The notes beneath the pieces were generated by a model. That model was not told where the DNA came from and ran no database searches. It saw only the letters and a list, made by a program, of their open reading frames with translations. Both the position numbers and the translations under genes were made by a program. DNA of 64,000 nucleotides. Origin: Octopus sinensis. Its lineage: Eukaryota. The stretch lies in NCBI RefSeq assembly GCF_006345805.1, contig NC_043001.1:71238001-71302000 (forward strand), in the 5' to 3' direction. Positions 1 through 12,704 of the stretch are shown piece by piece (within the stretch, counting starts at the first letter, position 1; every line of letters begins with the position of its first letter).

Positions 1-101
1 TGATTCACTAAAATGCTAATGCATCCAAGATATATACATACATATATATATATATATAGATAGATAGATAGATAGATATACACACACACATATATATATA
101 T

Positions 102-135
<34 letters not shown>

Positions 136-168
136 CATACACATATACACGCACAATTGTATGTATGC

Positions 169-214
<46 letters not shown>

Positions 215-745
215 CTGCTTTTTCTTGCGTCTTATTCCATATGACTTGGTTTTCCTTGCCTTATTCTTGAAAGCCATCAAGTATTTCCTCATACCAGTAT
301 TGTCTGAAAATGCCATTTACCTCCTTCATAAATGATCTTACTAGTATCAGCTATTTTATATCCAATTAACTTATCGTCTAAATCTTCTCTTACACACTTA
401 AATACCAAAACCCCATAACTTAATCTATTCTTAGTTTTCTTGAACATCGTATTCATTTTCAAACCTTTGTTCTGGTCCCTTACATATTTATTCTTAAATC
501 AATTAATCATATCTCTTCGTTTTCGTCGTTTTCTATTGACATTTTCAAATATATTTACTTCTTTATGTAAAACAGTTATTTTTGCACACATTCATCTTTC
601 TCAATTTCAATTCGACATAATTTCCAATTCTTTGTCTTTTAGGTCATCCTTTATGAAATTCACTTACGTTATTTACCGAATCTATATACATACATACAGA
701 CAGAGAGACAGAGTCAGAGACACACAGACGCACAGACAGAGAGAC

Positions 746-848
<103 letters not shown>

Positions 849-867
849 CACACCAATATGCATATAC

Positions 868-899
<32 letters not shown>

Positions 900-904
900 G
901 ACAC

Positions 905-1025
905 ATTTAGTCATTTAACTGCGGTCATGTCGAGGCACCGTCTTTAACAATTTTAGTCGATCTTATCGATTCCAGTACTTATTTAATTATTTCTGATTGG
1001 AGTCGCTAAAATAGCATTCGACATA
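905..1025 (-). mobile_element. SINE family A, 3' fragment (degenerate)
   Basis: gtcatttaactgcggtcatgtcgaggcaccgtc matches the 3' end of the fuller copies at 15851 and 42040. Confidence 0.6.
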
Positions 1026-1169
1026 ACTGGACGCAGTTCAATACACTGAACCAGTTCATATATGCAAAACTGTGATGCGCGTATTTACATGTGCATATGC
1101 GATGCATTATGTGCATTTTCCCTGAGCAACTTCCCAAAAATTGGTATAAGCGAAACTTGGAATAATTAT

Positions 1170-2010
1170 TAGTCCTTAATTATTAGTCCACCAATGGTAA
1201 GACACTTCTCCCATCTCTTTATGCAGATGTGAAGATCTCATCTGTAGAAGCCGATATGTTACGTCTAGGGCCAAAACATTACCTCGGTAATAAGCTCATC
1301 ATCCGAAAAGTGTCTCCCCTTCAAAAAGAAAAGAAAAAGAATTCATCGTTGGACAGTGATAGAAATCAGATGGTGCGTGGTTGGGAGAGTAAGATTGATT
1401 AATGAGGAAGAATTTCATAGCCGCAGGAGTGTGCTTTTATTTCGCAACATGCACATTGTGAACTGCGGCGGACTCCTTTGATCAGAATGCCACGCATCTC
1501 TACTTTGATGGCGTCCTAAAATTTATGCAGCAGATACGCATAATATGCCCTGTTAATTGTGCCCTTTGTCAGAAAATCCATCCTCACTACTCTGCACTGG
1601 TTCCAAAGGACTGTGAGCATCACCTTGCTTGCTGAAGTTTGGACACGAGCTTTCTTTGGAAGTAGTGAGTTATCATGGTTTCACTGCTTCGACTGGACTT
1701 TAGACTCAGAATAATAGTTGTGGACCCATGTTTCATCCTGTATGGTAGGTCTGCCGAAAAAGTCCTCCTCGTTTTCTTGGCACATTATTAAAAGAGCCTA
1801 AGAGCAATTGACTCGTTCCTGCTTCTTATAAGGTGTGAGCATCTAGAGAATCAATCGGGCAGACAATTTACGCGTGTGAAAATTGTCGTGAATAGTTTTT
1901 CCCACGGATCCAACACTTACCTTCAGAATAGTTATGCGGTGATCTTCCAAAATGGCAACTTCCACTTTATGGATGGTGTCGCCAATCTGTTGAGTGCCTT
2001 TTTGTTTGGT
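1170..2010 (-). mobile_element. Degenerate mariner transposase
   Basis: Minus-strand frames give mariner-like blocks (QDETWVHNY..ESK.QSKQ; KKARVQTSASKVMLTVLWNQ; DFLTKGTINRAYYAYLLHK) broken by stops and frameshifts. Confidence 0.75.
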
Positions 2011-2099
2011 TTATCCACTCACACGTACATATGTGAGTGTGTTTGTGTGTATATATTAACCAATATTTTCCCCCTTATATTTTCACTGTCCCTTCCCTT

Positions 2100-2188
<89 letters not shown>

Positions 2189-2189
2189 C

Positions 2190-2600
2190 ATAGCACTGTC
2201 TGAAGGCGACCAGCTTTGTGATAAATCTGATCGGCTCATCATGATAAGGTTGCAGGTTCACTTTCTAGAACGAGAAGGTCCTTATGCTCTTGCGTAAATC
2301 ATTCCATTTCACGTTGCTCCAATGAAGACAGCTGTAAAATTGTAATAGACAAATACTGGTGCATCTCGCTCACCCTTTAGTTGTCCCTCCTTGGAAACTC
2401 CTGCGTCCCGCGGTTCACAAAGTCCAGAAAATATGTGTGTCTACTCGCGACTAAACAGGCACCTAAAACCGTTTGCGATAACGTCGTACATATTATCATC
2501 TCATGTATACTCACAAATCACGGTGAGTGTACCGTATATCACCTGTGGTTGCAAGTCAGATTATTTTGCTAACGGTTAAACTTACATTTAGAAGACATTA
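2190..2600 (-). mobile_element. Possible highly decayed PLE RT/thumb remnant
   Basis: Minus-frame pieces YFLDFV, HQYL and NGMIYARA weakly resemble the PLE RT C-terminal region. Confidence 0.25.
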
Positions 2601-2749
2601 TCACGTGTTCTAACAATGATTATTTCACTGTTTTATAAAACAAGATAAACTTCTGCACAGTTTCCATCAATATTATAAAATCAAACATCCTGCTTTGTTT
2701 GATCGGTAAAATATTATTCCATACATAATTTCCCTTTTTGCCTCAAACA

Positions 2750-2917
2750 GGCACAGGCGTGACGACATGGTAAGACGTTTGCTTCACAACCAAATGGTTC
2801 CGGGTTCCATCCCCTTGCATGATGGCACATCGAGCAAGTGTTTTCTACAACTGTTTCGTGCCGACCAACGCCTTGTAAGCAAATTGTAAGCAAAAGACAC
2901 TAAAATTCGCCGTACGT
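2750..2917 (+). mobile_element. SINE family A, 5' half (degenerate)
   Basis: ggcacaggcgtg...ggttccgggttccatcc...gagcaagtgttttctac matches the tRNA-like head and body of the copy at 27188. Confidence 0.75.
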
Positions 2918-2929
2918 ACACAAACACAA

Positions 2930-3011
<82 letters not shown>

Positions 3012-3041
3012 TTAATCCAAACAAGAAAACACAGAAAAAAA

Positions 3042-3318
3042 GAGAAAAAATGAGAAAAAAACACAGCAACGCAGGACGTGGAACAATTAAAGTATTATCG
3101 ACGCTCAGGAAAGAAGGGAAGGAGGGTTTAACGTTTCGAGCGGAGCTCTTCGTCGGAAACAAGGAGAAGGAAAGATCCTTGGGATCTTTCCTTCTCCTTG
3201 TTTCCGACGAAGAGCTCCGCTCGAAACGTTAAACCCTCCTTCCCTTCTTTCCTGAGCGTCGATAATACTTTAATTGTTCCACGTCCTGCGTTGCTGTGTT
3301 TTTTTCTCATTTTTTCTC
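3042..3318. repeat. Perfect palindrome (137-bp arms, 3-nt loop) of PLE-terminus-like sequence
   Basis: 3042-3178 is the exact reverse complement of 3182-3318; the loop is TTG at 3179-3181. Confidence 0.95.
3200..3234 (+). ncRNA. Minimal type I hammerhead ribozyme motif (U4C core); mirror copy at 3126-3160 on minus
   Basis: GTTT-CCGACGA-A-GAGC tcc GCTC-GAAA-CGTT-AAAC: stem I GTTT/AAAC, stem II GAGC/GCTC, palindromic ACGT stem III, GUU cleavage triplet. Confidence 0.7.
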
Positions 3319-3377
3319 CTCTGAGAAAATATTTGAGCTGGTAGTGCTCAAGAGATATATATACATAAATATATACA

Positions 3378-3660
3378 CAGGTACCCTCCGAGGCCCCAGT
3401 CCGGACAAGGCTGTTTAAAGAAGACAAGCAATCCCCCGTTTATACCAGCCTTCCCGTTGTTCGCCACCAATGTTATCCAAGTGAAAGGCAAAGGCCGATG
3501 CAGTATCACACCAATGACGTGGCAACTCATTTTTACATGTGAGTGGATTGGAGTACCGTGAAATAATGTTTTACTCAAGAACACAACACACAATCCGGTT
3601 CAGGTATCGAATTCACTTCCTTATAATTGTGAGCTTGATGTTCTAACCACTGAATTATGC
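3378..3660 (-). mobile_element. tRNA-derived SINE family C (Meta-domain-like)
   Basis: Minus strand has an A-box-like TAATTCAGTGGTTAGAAC and B-box-like GAATTCGATACC, then gtgttcttgagtaaaacattatttcacggtactccaatccactcacatgtaaaaatgagt, which resembles the recalled Meta/CORE-type SINE domain. Confidence 0.6.
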
Positions 3661-3699
3661 ATACATACATGTATTAGTGTGTGTGTGTGTGTGGTGTGT

Positions 3700-3908
3700 G
3701 TGTGTGTGTGTGCATGAGTGTGTGTTCATGTTCGTCCCAACCACTTGACAACTGAAATTGTTTGTTTACCAGCCTCTAACGTAGTGGTTTGTCTGAGAGA
3801 CCAATAGAATGAATACTAGGCTTAAAAGTCGATTCGTTCGATACAACACTTCTAGACGGTACTCTATAACGGCTGCAAGCTAATGACTAAAACGAGTAAA
3901 CGATAAAT
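3700..3908 (+). mobile_element. SINE family A, 3' half (degenerate)
   Basis: accacttgacaactg...caatagaatgaatactaggcttaaaag...aatgactaaaacgagtaaa matches the 3' half of the copy at 27188. Confidence 0.7.
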
Positions 3909-4424
3909 GATACAATGATCCATGTATAGATGCGCATCCTCGTGTTCTCTGAAAAGTTAATGTAGCGGGATATATTATGATCAAAACATTTAATCTCCGT
4001 CCAACAAGAACTAGTGATAATTAACGAATGCTGTAATAATGACCTTCTATTCTTCATCATGAGGTGCGTTTGATTTACGTTTCCTCTGTCAACTTCGTGT
4101 TACGCTGTTATACTTTAGCATTTGATGTTCAGTGGCTGAGATTATGCATATAAATATAACTTGCAACTCTTGTTTCTTTGTCCAATAATCTATAAAGGAA
4201 TTCGTCTTGAAGTTGATTAGATTATAATTTCAAGTTGTTTATTGGAGAAAACCAAATTAACTTTAACGTCTTTTAACAGTCACGAAGTATTAAAGAGAAA
4301 ATCAATATTCTTCATCAAAGTCTATATATGTGCATATATACACATAATGTATATCCGTGTATACACACATACACGCACGCATGCACACACAAACACACAC
4401 ACATGCACACACACAAACGCACAT

Positions 4425-4491
<67 letters not shown>

Positions 4492-4497
4492 CATACA

Positions 4498-4728
4498 GGC
4501 GGCGAGCTGGCAGAATCGTTAGCGCGCTGGGCGAAATGCTTAGCGGTATTTCGTCTGTCGTTACGTTCTGAGTTCAAATTCCGCCGAGGTCGACTTTGCC
4601 TTTCATCCTTTCGGGGTCGATAAATTAAGTACCAGTTACGCACTGGGGTTCATGTAATCAACTTATTCCCTTTGTCTGTCCTTGTTTGTCCTCTCTATGT
4701 TTAGCCCCTTGTGGGCAGTAAAGAAATA
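4498..4728 (+). mobile_element. tRNA-derived SINE family B, full length
   Basis: ggcggcgagctggcagaatcgttagc (A box)...gagttcaaattcc (B box)...gtgggcagtaaagaaata. Closely similar to 61457-61690. Confidence 0.9.
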
Positions 4729-4741
4729 CATATATATATAT

Positions 4742-7345
4742 AATTTTGCTATTATGTTAAACCGTCGCATGTCCAAGTTTGGGCAAATGCGTTTTTTCAA
4801 TATTTATTTTTGCTTGTAATAGCCGGTTCATTTGGTCAATGTATCACCAGCTGCTTCAGATGCCTAGTTATTAAAAATCGTCAAAGTGTAGTACAACGCT
4901 TTTTCTGGAAAGGTGACGTTTTGGACTTGCTACACTTTTGCATAATAGCAACGATATATATTTCTTCATTTATGTAATATGGCTACCATTGGTTTCATCC
5001 TATGAACAATATCCTAATATCTTAATAATTTTCAAGCCGGTCACAGGAAATGGTGTTCCTCTCCATTGTGAATAGAAACACAGTCTCGTTGAATTCACGG
5101 AGATTCTTGTAAAAAAGAAACAGTAAATCAAGGAGCACTACTTTTTAGAGTGGTTATCTCCTTTGGATTGATTTTGAGCAAGCAGTCATGTTGGATGGTA
5201 AATTTGTTTGCATTATCTTATATTCTGGTTGTATGTGATATTCGTATGCTTGCGTGCTGACGTAGTTTCTCATGTGGAGTTCGTGTGTTATGTATTTTCA
5301 AATTTCGTGTTCAAGAAAGGAGCTATCCTGATAGGATTAACGGCGCAGGTGTTTGAAATATTGCTTCTGTATATAGGGAAAGAAGATTTTATCCCTAATA
5401 TATAGAGGATGTTATCTATTGACTGTACGTTATTTGATGTTTCAGTTGTTCAGAGTTCATATGCGGTAGCCCATCCTCCGTATTTTCTGGTTTTATCAAT
5501 GATGTTCTATTTTCTCTGGGAGTTCCTTATTCCACCTACTTTCAATGTGCATATCATATTGGATAGAAATAATTGAGTGTTTATTTGTTGTTGTTTTTTT
5601 TTACTTTTGTCTATAAATAACAAGTTGTGTGTACTTTTCCTTGAACGAGTTGCCCGTCGCTCCGATATATGTCTTTTATATTCCGTTGGAATCTGTGATA
5701 TTTTCTTTGGATACAGTTTCTTTTCCGAAACAGTTCTTGTTTAGAGGGCAGCGATTTGGAGATGTGTAGTTGCATTGATTTCGGGAGTGTTTCTGGTGTC
5801 TTTATTTTTATTGTGGTTGAGTATTATTGAGCCTTTATTCGGGAAGGAAACTTTAGTTAACTTTAACAGTGTTTAGGTTGAAGATCTTGTGGCTTAAATG
5901 TGAATGTGGGAAGTAGTTGTCTATTAATTTTAAGACATTCTAAGCTATGTTAGTAGCTACATTCTTGCTTAAGGTGGATTAAACCATAAGATTTTCCTCT
6001 GTCTGTGACTTCTTGATCTGTTTGTATTTCGTTCAATGTAATTTATGTTATTCTTAAAGTTAAACCTTTCTAATGCAGTATTATAGTATGGGGCAGCTTT
6101 TTCAAAAGTGTCTTTATCGGCAGTTAAACTGGAGACGCGCCAGCTAATATTGTTGAGTAGTTGTTTAATGATTGCTGGTTTGGATCCTATGTCTGTGTGC
6201 AAGGCTTCCTTATTCGTGTTATGGTAAGGTTTAATTTTGCCTATGCTTACCATATGTTGATATCTACGATGTTGACCTCCTTAAGGTTGGTACTAACTGC
6301 AATACTTGGACCTAACTGGCTAAATATTTTGCATATTTATTTCTTCATTCTATCCATATCGTCTCTATTTTTACTATGTACTACTCGTATGACACCGTCC
6401 CTATATAAACCTATGTTAGGTTTTTTATACTTTTCCTACGATATCTAAGGTATAGAGGCCTACAAGGTCAGCTATCCCTGCACCATCATAGCTCCCCATT
6501 GCCACATCAAATAATTCTTCCCCTTTCTTGTTTACCCAATAGTAATTATTATGAAAATGTAATGACTTCCTTGCTTTCATAATTATATCTATGTCAGCGT
6601 TTGTTATAGTAACAGATGCCTTGCTAAATTCAAGTGCCTTCTGAAACAAGCTATTGGAGATTGATGGGTAAAAGTCTACGGTATCAAATTGGATAAATTT
6701 GTATTTGGGTTGATCTTCTATTTTCGTAAACTATTCAATAGTTGCACAACTGCATATCCATTTAGTAAGGTTTGAATATGCTCTGATAGGGCATTTTCGT
6801 TAAATTTTACATTTCTAACTAATTTTATAATGTCGTCTTCAAATTTTTCTAGGTCTTTAATATGTGTGGGATTTTTATTTGAAACTGTAATTGACCTCTG
6901 AATGAGGGCTTTACGTACATTTATCGAATAAGTAGACCTTCCATGTCATTCCCCTCAGAATATATGTTTTTTTGTTTTTGTCAATAAGATACTGATGTAC
7001 ACTTGGGTTCCTGGAATAGGAATACTGGGCAGACTGTCAAATAAATCATCCAACAGTAATGTTTGATGGTAAATTCAACTGTTTGCTCAACATTTAAGTC
7101 CCAGGGCGATAACTACTCACAAGATGTCAGGGTTCAAGAGTAGTACTCCTTGATTTATAGTTGTCTTTACGAGAATCTCCACAAACTGAACTTGACTTTG
7201 TGTTTTTATCCAAAACGAACACGAGCATCATTCCTCCATGAGATCGGCTTGAAAAATTGTTAAGATGTTAAAACAATTTTCATAGCATGAAATCAATGGT
7301 AGCCTTAATATACGAATAAAGAAACTTTATCCACCAGTGCTCTGT
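4742..7345 (-). mobile_element. Degenerate Penelope-like retroelement (RT + C-terminal GIY-YIG) with inverted terminal segment
   Basis: Minus ORFs give FDVAMGSYDG..ADLVGLY and IGLYRDG (RT), KILWFNPP, and KTYIGATGNSFKE (GIY-YIG-like). About 7040-7345 is an inverted homolog of about 4950-5200. Confidence 0.85.
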
Positions 7346-7412
7346 TAAGCACTCATTTTCGTTTGACATTTATGCATGTATGTAAACACACACACACACA
7401 TACACACACACA

Positions 7413-7486
<74 letters not shown>

Positions 7487-7489
7487 ACA

Positions 7490-8503
7490 TACATAAATGG
7501 CAATTTCTGTTTGTGGTCTTGTGTGTGTTTGTGAAATTGTTACTTTAATTCCCCCGAGAATATCCAAACGATCTCGTGGAAACTTGACAGGTGTAGGTCC
7601 TGCGGAAACCCATGCAGTCATTTACGCACTTGAAATTTCGAAAATATCGATAATTTTTAATCAGCATCGATATTTAAAAAGTCAATAGAACATTTCAATG
7701 CAAATTTTTATATGAAAGTTATTTTCTGCCATAACTTTTAAAGTTTCAACCGATCTTCTTGAAATTTTATGCACAGATGGAATATGCACTAAGGATAGGT
7801 TGAGACAAATGAATTTTTACCAAGGGAACTTAAGCAAATAAGATGATTTTTTTATTAACTCATTAATGAAATTTGGCTTAAATTGTTGTACGATTAAATT
7901 GTTCGTCAATTATTTCAGCACTCTCCGATGCTGTAACGTATTTTCTTAACACCTTCACTTAAAATTATCGATAATAAACGTTGCCACGTTGTGTGCTAAA
8001 CATGTAACATGTATTTTCTTAACATCTGCACTTGAAATTGTCGGTACTAACCGTTACAATCGACATTTGATTCTCATGATCAGTGGAACTATATCCATGA
8101 AACAGTCGTCAAATTAAATCCAGGTGCACTCAAAATTTTCTCTCGGTTGCAAGAAAATTTGCCCCAAAATTACGAAAATCGTCTTTTATGTATGCTTTTT
8201 TCCTCCTCATAGCATCTTAAGACAGTTATGGCCACCATGTTGTTGCCTCTTCTCACCAGCCGTTTTTATAAGTATAAAATCATTTTCTCTACATGATTTT
8301 TGCTTACTTTTCAAACATATATGTTCTTTTTTTTTTCATAGCACTCCTTTCCAATTCCCTTCTTGATGTTTCCATTGATTATATATTTGAAGCTTTCCAC
8401 TCATTTGACCAAATGATTGTCGTTTTTGTCTGAGAGAAACTAGGCATTGTAATGGGTGTTGGGAATATACCCGCTCCGGAGTATTAGCAGGTGCCTCAGC
8501 TAG
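7490..8503 (+). mobile_element. Non-autonomous Helitron-like element
   Basis: Ends in hairpin ACCCGCT...AGCAGGT followed by gcctcagCTAG|T at 8500-8503. Internal direct repeats at about 7945-8060. The 5' boundary is uncertain. Confidence 0.5.
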
Positions 8504-8529
8504 TATATATATATATAATATATATATAT

Positions 8530-8629
<100 letters not shown>

Positions 8630-8760
8630 GCTTATATAATCAATAATAACAAAGGGTAAAATTAATAAATTAACTAGTAATCAATAATTTCACCAAGTAG
8701 AATTCGGCATGAAAAGGGACCATTTATCGGTGTATATATATATATACATATATATACATA

Positions 8761-8922
8761 CAGCGGGCTTCTTTTAGTTTTTATCCTTTAAATCCACTTA
8801 CAAGGTTTTGATCGTCCCGAGACCATGGTAGAAGATACTTGCCCAACATACCACGCAGTGAGACAGAACCCGGAACCATATGGTCGGGAATCCAGCTTCT
8901 TATAACACAGCCACTTCTGCGA
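8761..8922 (-). mobile_element. SINE family A, 5' half
   Basis: Reverse complement of the head/body seen at 27188 (acttgccc...ccacgcagtgagacagaacccggaaccat...acacagccact). Confidence 0.8.
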
Positions 8923-8949
8923 CTATTCACAGTTCGTTAAGTAAAAATA

Positions 8950-9420
8950 GTTCGGTCAGAAAAATCCGCCCTGTCCATCCAGCATCCAGGTTTCTGCTGA
9001 CATTTCTGTTCTGTTATTAAGGCTTGACATGCATCCATTTTTCCTCGAACTCTACCACAAATTGGCGTAGCTTCTGTGGATTGACATGCTGGTGATCCTA
9101 ATTCAGATCACCCTATGTACGCTCGTACATGTGACTGTGGCCACTGTAAGACACTGCGTTCGTTACTGAAGATGGCTCTCATCGTTCAATGCCGTTCATC
9201 CCAGGATATATAAACTAGTGTGAGCCACACAGTTCAGAGTATTTATAAATTTGTACTTGATTTTCCTTGATATGACTTTAAACTGCGTCATGCAAAAGCA
9301 CCCTCTTCGGGAGTTCCAGATTATTGAGGAGTGTGGAACAATCGCTTAGCCAATGTTGTTCTTAGATCTACCCTCTAACATATGTCAGGGTCCCAACTTT
9401 GAGTTAAATAGCATGTAACC
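8950..9420 (+). mobile_element. Decayed R4/Dong-like LINE 3' remnant
   Basis: QKSTLLGSSRLLRSV resembles the conserved C-terminus of R4-type ORFs. Confidence 0.35.
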
Positions 9421-9449
9421 ACGAGGGTCAGGTTATATTGAAATCTTCG

Positions 9450-11500
9450 GATGCAGTATTTTGGGTGTGAGGTATTTCGGCACATGAACTTGTAAGCGGA
9501 ATAATACATTCTGAACAAATGATAATGATGAGGAGGTGGAGGGAGAGGCAAACGATGACGATTAGGATTGCAAATCGCAAAAAGCAGTGCAAGATCAAAG
9601 GCTTTGCTAAGCCATATGATAATAGAGTGGATGGCAAAGAAATTCAGAAACCTAGAGAAATATTACTACTTAGCCAGAGAGAAGAAATTATGAAATACAA
9701 AGGTAATAATATTTTCAGTAGTAATTGATGCACTTGACACTGCGTCAAAACTACTACCAACCCTAAGAAGCTAAAAAATATTGAAATTGGAACTCGCAAT
9801 ATCAACCTAAAGGAAAGTGCAACCTTGTACCGTGCAAATGTTTCTTCCAAGGAGATAGCAAGTCACCATTGTTTTTTGTAATGTGTATAATATAGCTGTC
9901 TTTTTATTTTGCGAAAAATGAAAGCTGGATATGAGTTCAGGAATAGAAAATATAAAAAGAATCTCTTTTCTTAGGATGACCTGAAACTTTGGAAAAGATA
10001 AAAACCAGCTTCATTCATTAATTGAAACAGTAAATGGCATTAACGAGAACATGTGGATGATATTTTGGCCGAAAAAAAGTGTGAAGTATTTATTCTAAAA
10101 ATATGTAATGTCCAACAAGTGGGCGGTGTGAAGTTGCCTGCGAGAGTAGTAATGAAGAGAATAGTCAAGAAGTATACAGGTATTTGAGGGTATTGCAAGG
10201 AATCGAATTCATGAATGAGCAAACGAAGAAAATATTCTCTCTGGGGTTTTAAAAAAGGCTAAAATAGATTTTAAAAGCTAAACTGAATGGGAGGAATAAA
10301 TTCAAAGTGATAAATTCATCGGCAAGTTCTCTCTTTTGAGATATGAGATATGAAGCAGGAGTGATAAGACGGCGAACATAGAAACTACCGTACTTTGATA
10401 AGAAAACAAAATACTTCTGACAGTAAACGGTACCTTCCATCCGAGACATGATGTCCACAGGCTACACCTTACGATAAAGAAAGGAAGAAGGGTGAAGATA
10501 AATTTTGCGCTTTGTATTCAGACCGAGAAAAGTAATATTTCTTGGTATATAAAGGAATGCAAAGGAAGCATTACTAAACAAGTTAGGAATGCAACTCTAT
10601 TACATACGGAAAGCAGTCTCGACAAAATAACTTATAACTTAAAGACAGAAACAAAGAATGAAAACAACTGGAAGGTTAAGTGGATGCCCAGTCAGTTCTT
10701 GAGAGACAAACTAAGATGCACAGACCCGGACAAAAGATGGCTCCGATTACAAAACAGTGATCTGGAACCTAAAAGAGAGGCCTTGATAAGTGCAGCACAG
10801 AAACAAACCGAGAAAACAAACTCCATCAATGAGAAATTTTATCAGTGAGAAGAATCTGACAAATACAGACTGTGGTGAAACGGGAGAGACAATGTGGTAT
10901 GTTTTATACGAATGTAACTTATTGATCCACGAAGAATACAACAGGAGGCATACCAATGTCAGGCGAAGGATTCACTCGGAATTATGCAAGTAGTTTGGAT
11001 TGGAGAGCACGAAGAAATGGTATAACCTTGAGCCAATTGGTGTGATAGAAATTATCAGAGTAATGATCCTTTGGGACTTAATGACCCACTATGGTCACCG
11101 AACTGAACATCAGAAACCCGAAATTGTACTAATAGACAAAGAAAAAGCAGAACCTTATCATAGATATTACTTGCCCAATTGGCAGAAGAATTGTCAAAAC
11201 AGGAGAAAAACTGACGCGACATGAAGCTCTGAGGAGAGAAATAAAAAAGCGCTCTAGTCAATAAAAAAGTGTGTTATTCCAGTAATTGGTTGTACTCTAG
11301 GTACATTTAGCATACAAAATTGGGTGGAAATGAGAGGAATAAAAATAAAAATAGAACATATCTCGAAAACAGTACTAGTTGGCATTACAAAGGGTCCGTG
11401 CAAAGTTCTCGAATCTTGAAAAGAACGTGCCACCTGGGTTCTCGGAAAGGGAACATCTGGTATATCCATGACACCTCCAGCAACAAGTTGAGTATTTTAG
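9450..11500 (+). mobile_element. Degenerate R4/Dong-like non-LTR retrotransposon (RT + RLE)
   Basis: Broken frames give FQGDSKSPLFFV and DDLKL (RT), WKVKWMPSQF, EALISAAQ, NRRHTNV, ILWD and KPEIVLIDKEK (RLE region). A (TAA)n tail follows at about 11505-11600. Confidence 0.8.
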
Positions 11501-11508
11501 AGATAATA

Positions 11509-11549
<41 letters not shown>

Positions 11550-11569
11550 TAATAATAATAATAATAATA

Positions 11570-11600
<31 letters not shown>

Positions 11601-12558
11601 GGCAAATTATCATTATCAATGGCAAATATCCAAAGAGAGCGAATAATGCAGATGTTCACAAAGCCGTGACCCATCAATGACTAATGGCCTCTGGCTTAAA
11701 ATCTGAAACAGAAGGGTTTATCATAGCGGTTCAAGATCAATGCCTACATACAAGAAACTACCAGGCCAACATATTGAAGAACGGCAGCAGCCCAACATGT
11801 CGTGTATGCCAACAACGAAATGAAACCATTGATCATGTTGTCTCTAAGTGCAGTCTCTTTGCGCTTACAGAGTATCTCAACAGGCATGATAGAGCTGCAC
11901 AATATATTCACTGGGTAATTTGCAACAGCTTGGACTTGCCCCATGAAAAAAACTGGTGGGAACAGAAACCACCTCCAGTGCTTGAAAATGACCACATCTC
12001 ACTCCTCTGGAACTTCACCATTCAAACTGACGGAAAGATAGATTCGAATAGGCTAGACATCATAGTAAAAGACTTCAGACAAAAAACATGCCTCCTCATT
12101 GATATGACTGTCCCAATCGATATAAATGTATCTGTCAAGACCTACCAGAAACTGAGCAAATATAAAGATCTTGAAATAGAAATCAGCAAAATATGGAACC
12201 TGAAGTCTAAAACAATACCTGTTGTCATAGGTGCCCTGGGAATGATAGCAAAAGGGGCTGATTGCTATCTAACTCAGATACCAGGAAACCCAAAAATGGT
12301 AGAAATTCAAAAGATAGTGCCCATGTGAACTGCTCATATCCTACGCAAAATACTTTCTATGTAATCTCAAGTTTTATAACAAACATAATTCTCGTATGTT
12401 TTTTTAGGCATTCACTAGTACAACACTAAGTACAAAACCAAATATATGGCACCCTAGGCATAACACCAACACGAATTTCCAACTTGTTGTCTCTTGAGGT
12501 CTCTGGGTGAGACTTGGAGCCAGCTTGTGCAAATGTAATTTAAAAGTCAAACAGAGAA
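11601..12558 (+). mobile_element. 5'-truncated R4/Dong-like LINE, relatively intact 3' end
   Basis: ORF 11684-12328 has a CCHC knuckle (CRVC..ETIDHVVSKC) and a restriction-like endonuclease region (NRLDIIV..D..IDMTVP..K..KYKDL). The element is flanked on both sides by (TAA)n. Confidence 0.9.
11684..12328 (+). pseudogene. R4/Dong ORF C-terminal fragment (zinc knuckle + RLE)
   Basis: 214-aa ORF; after a premature TGA the frame continues TAHILRKILSM to the natural end. Confidence 0.85.
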
Positions 12559-12559
12559 C

Positions 12560-12600
<41 letters not shown>

Positions 12601-12650
12601 CAACAATAATAATGATAATAATAATAACAATAATAATGATAATAATAATA

Positions 12651-12697
<47 letters not shown>

Positions 12698-12704
12698 AAT
12701 AATG

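Noticed and set aside
211-660. Lys-rich minus-strand reading (MAFSDNTGMRKYL...)
   Set aside because: Frames are broken by stops, there is no recognisable motif, and the ORF runs into (TA)n; probably a decayed repeat.
4498-4590. tRNA-like A/B boxes at SINE heads
   Set aside because: There is no cloverleaf and they continue into multi-copy SINE bodies, so they are not tRNA genes.
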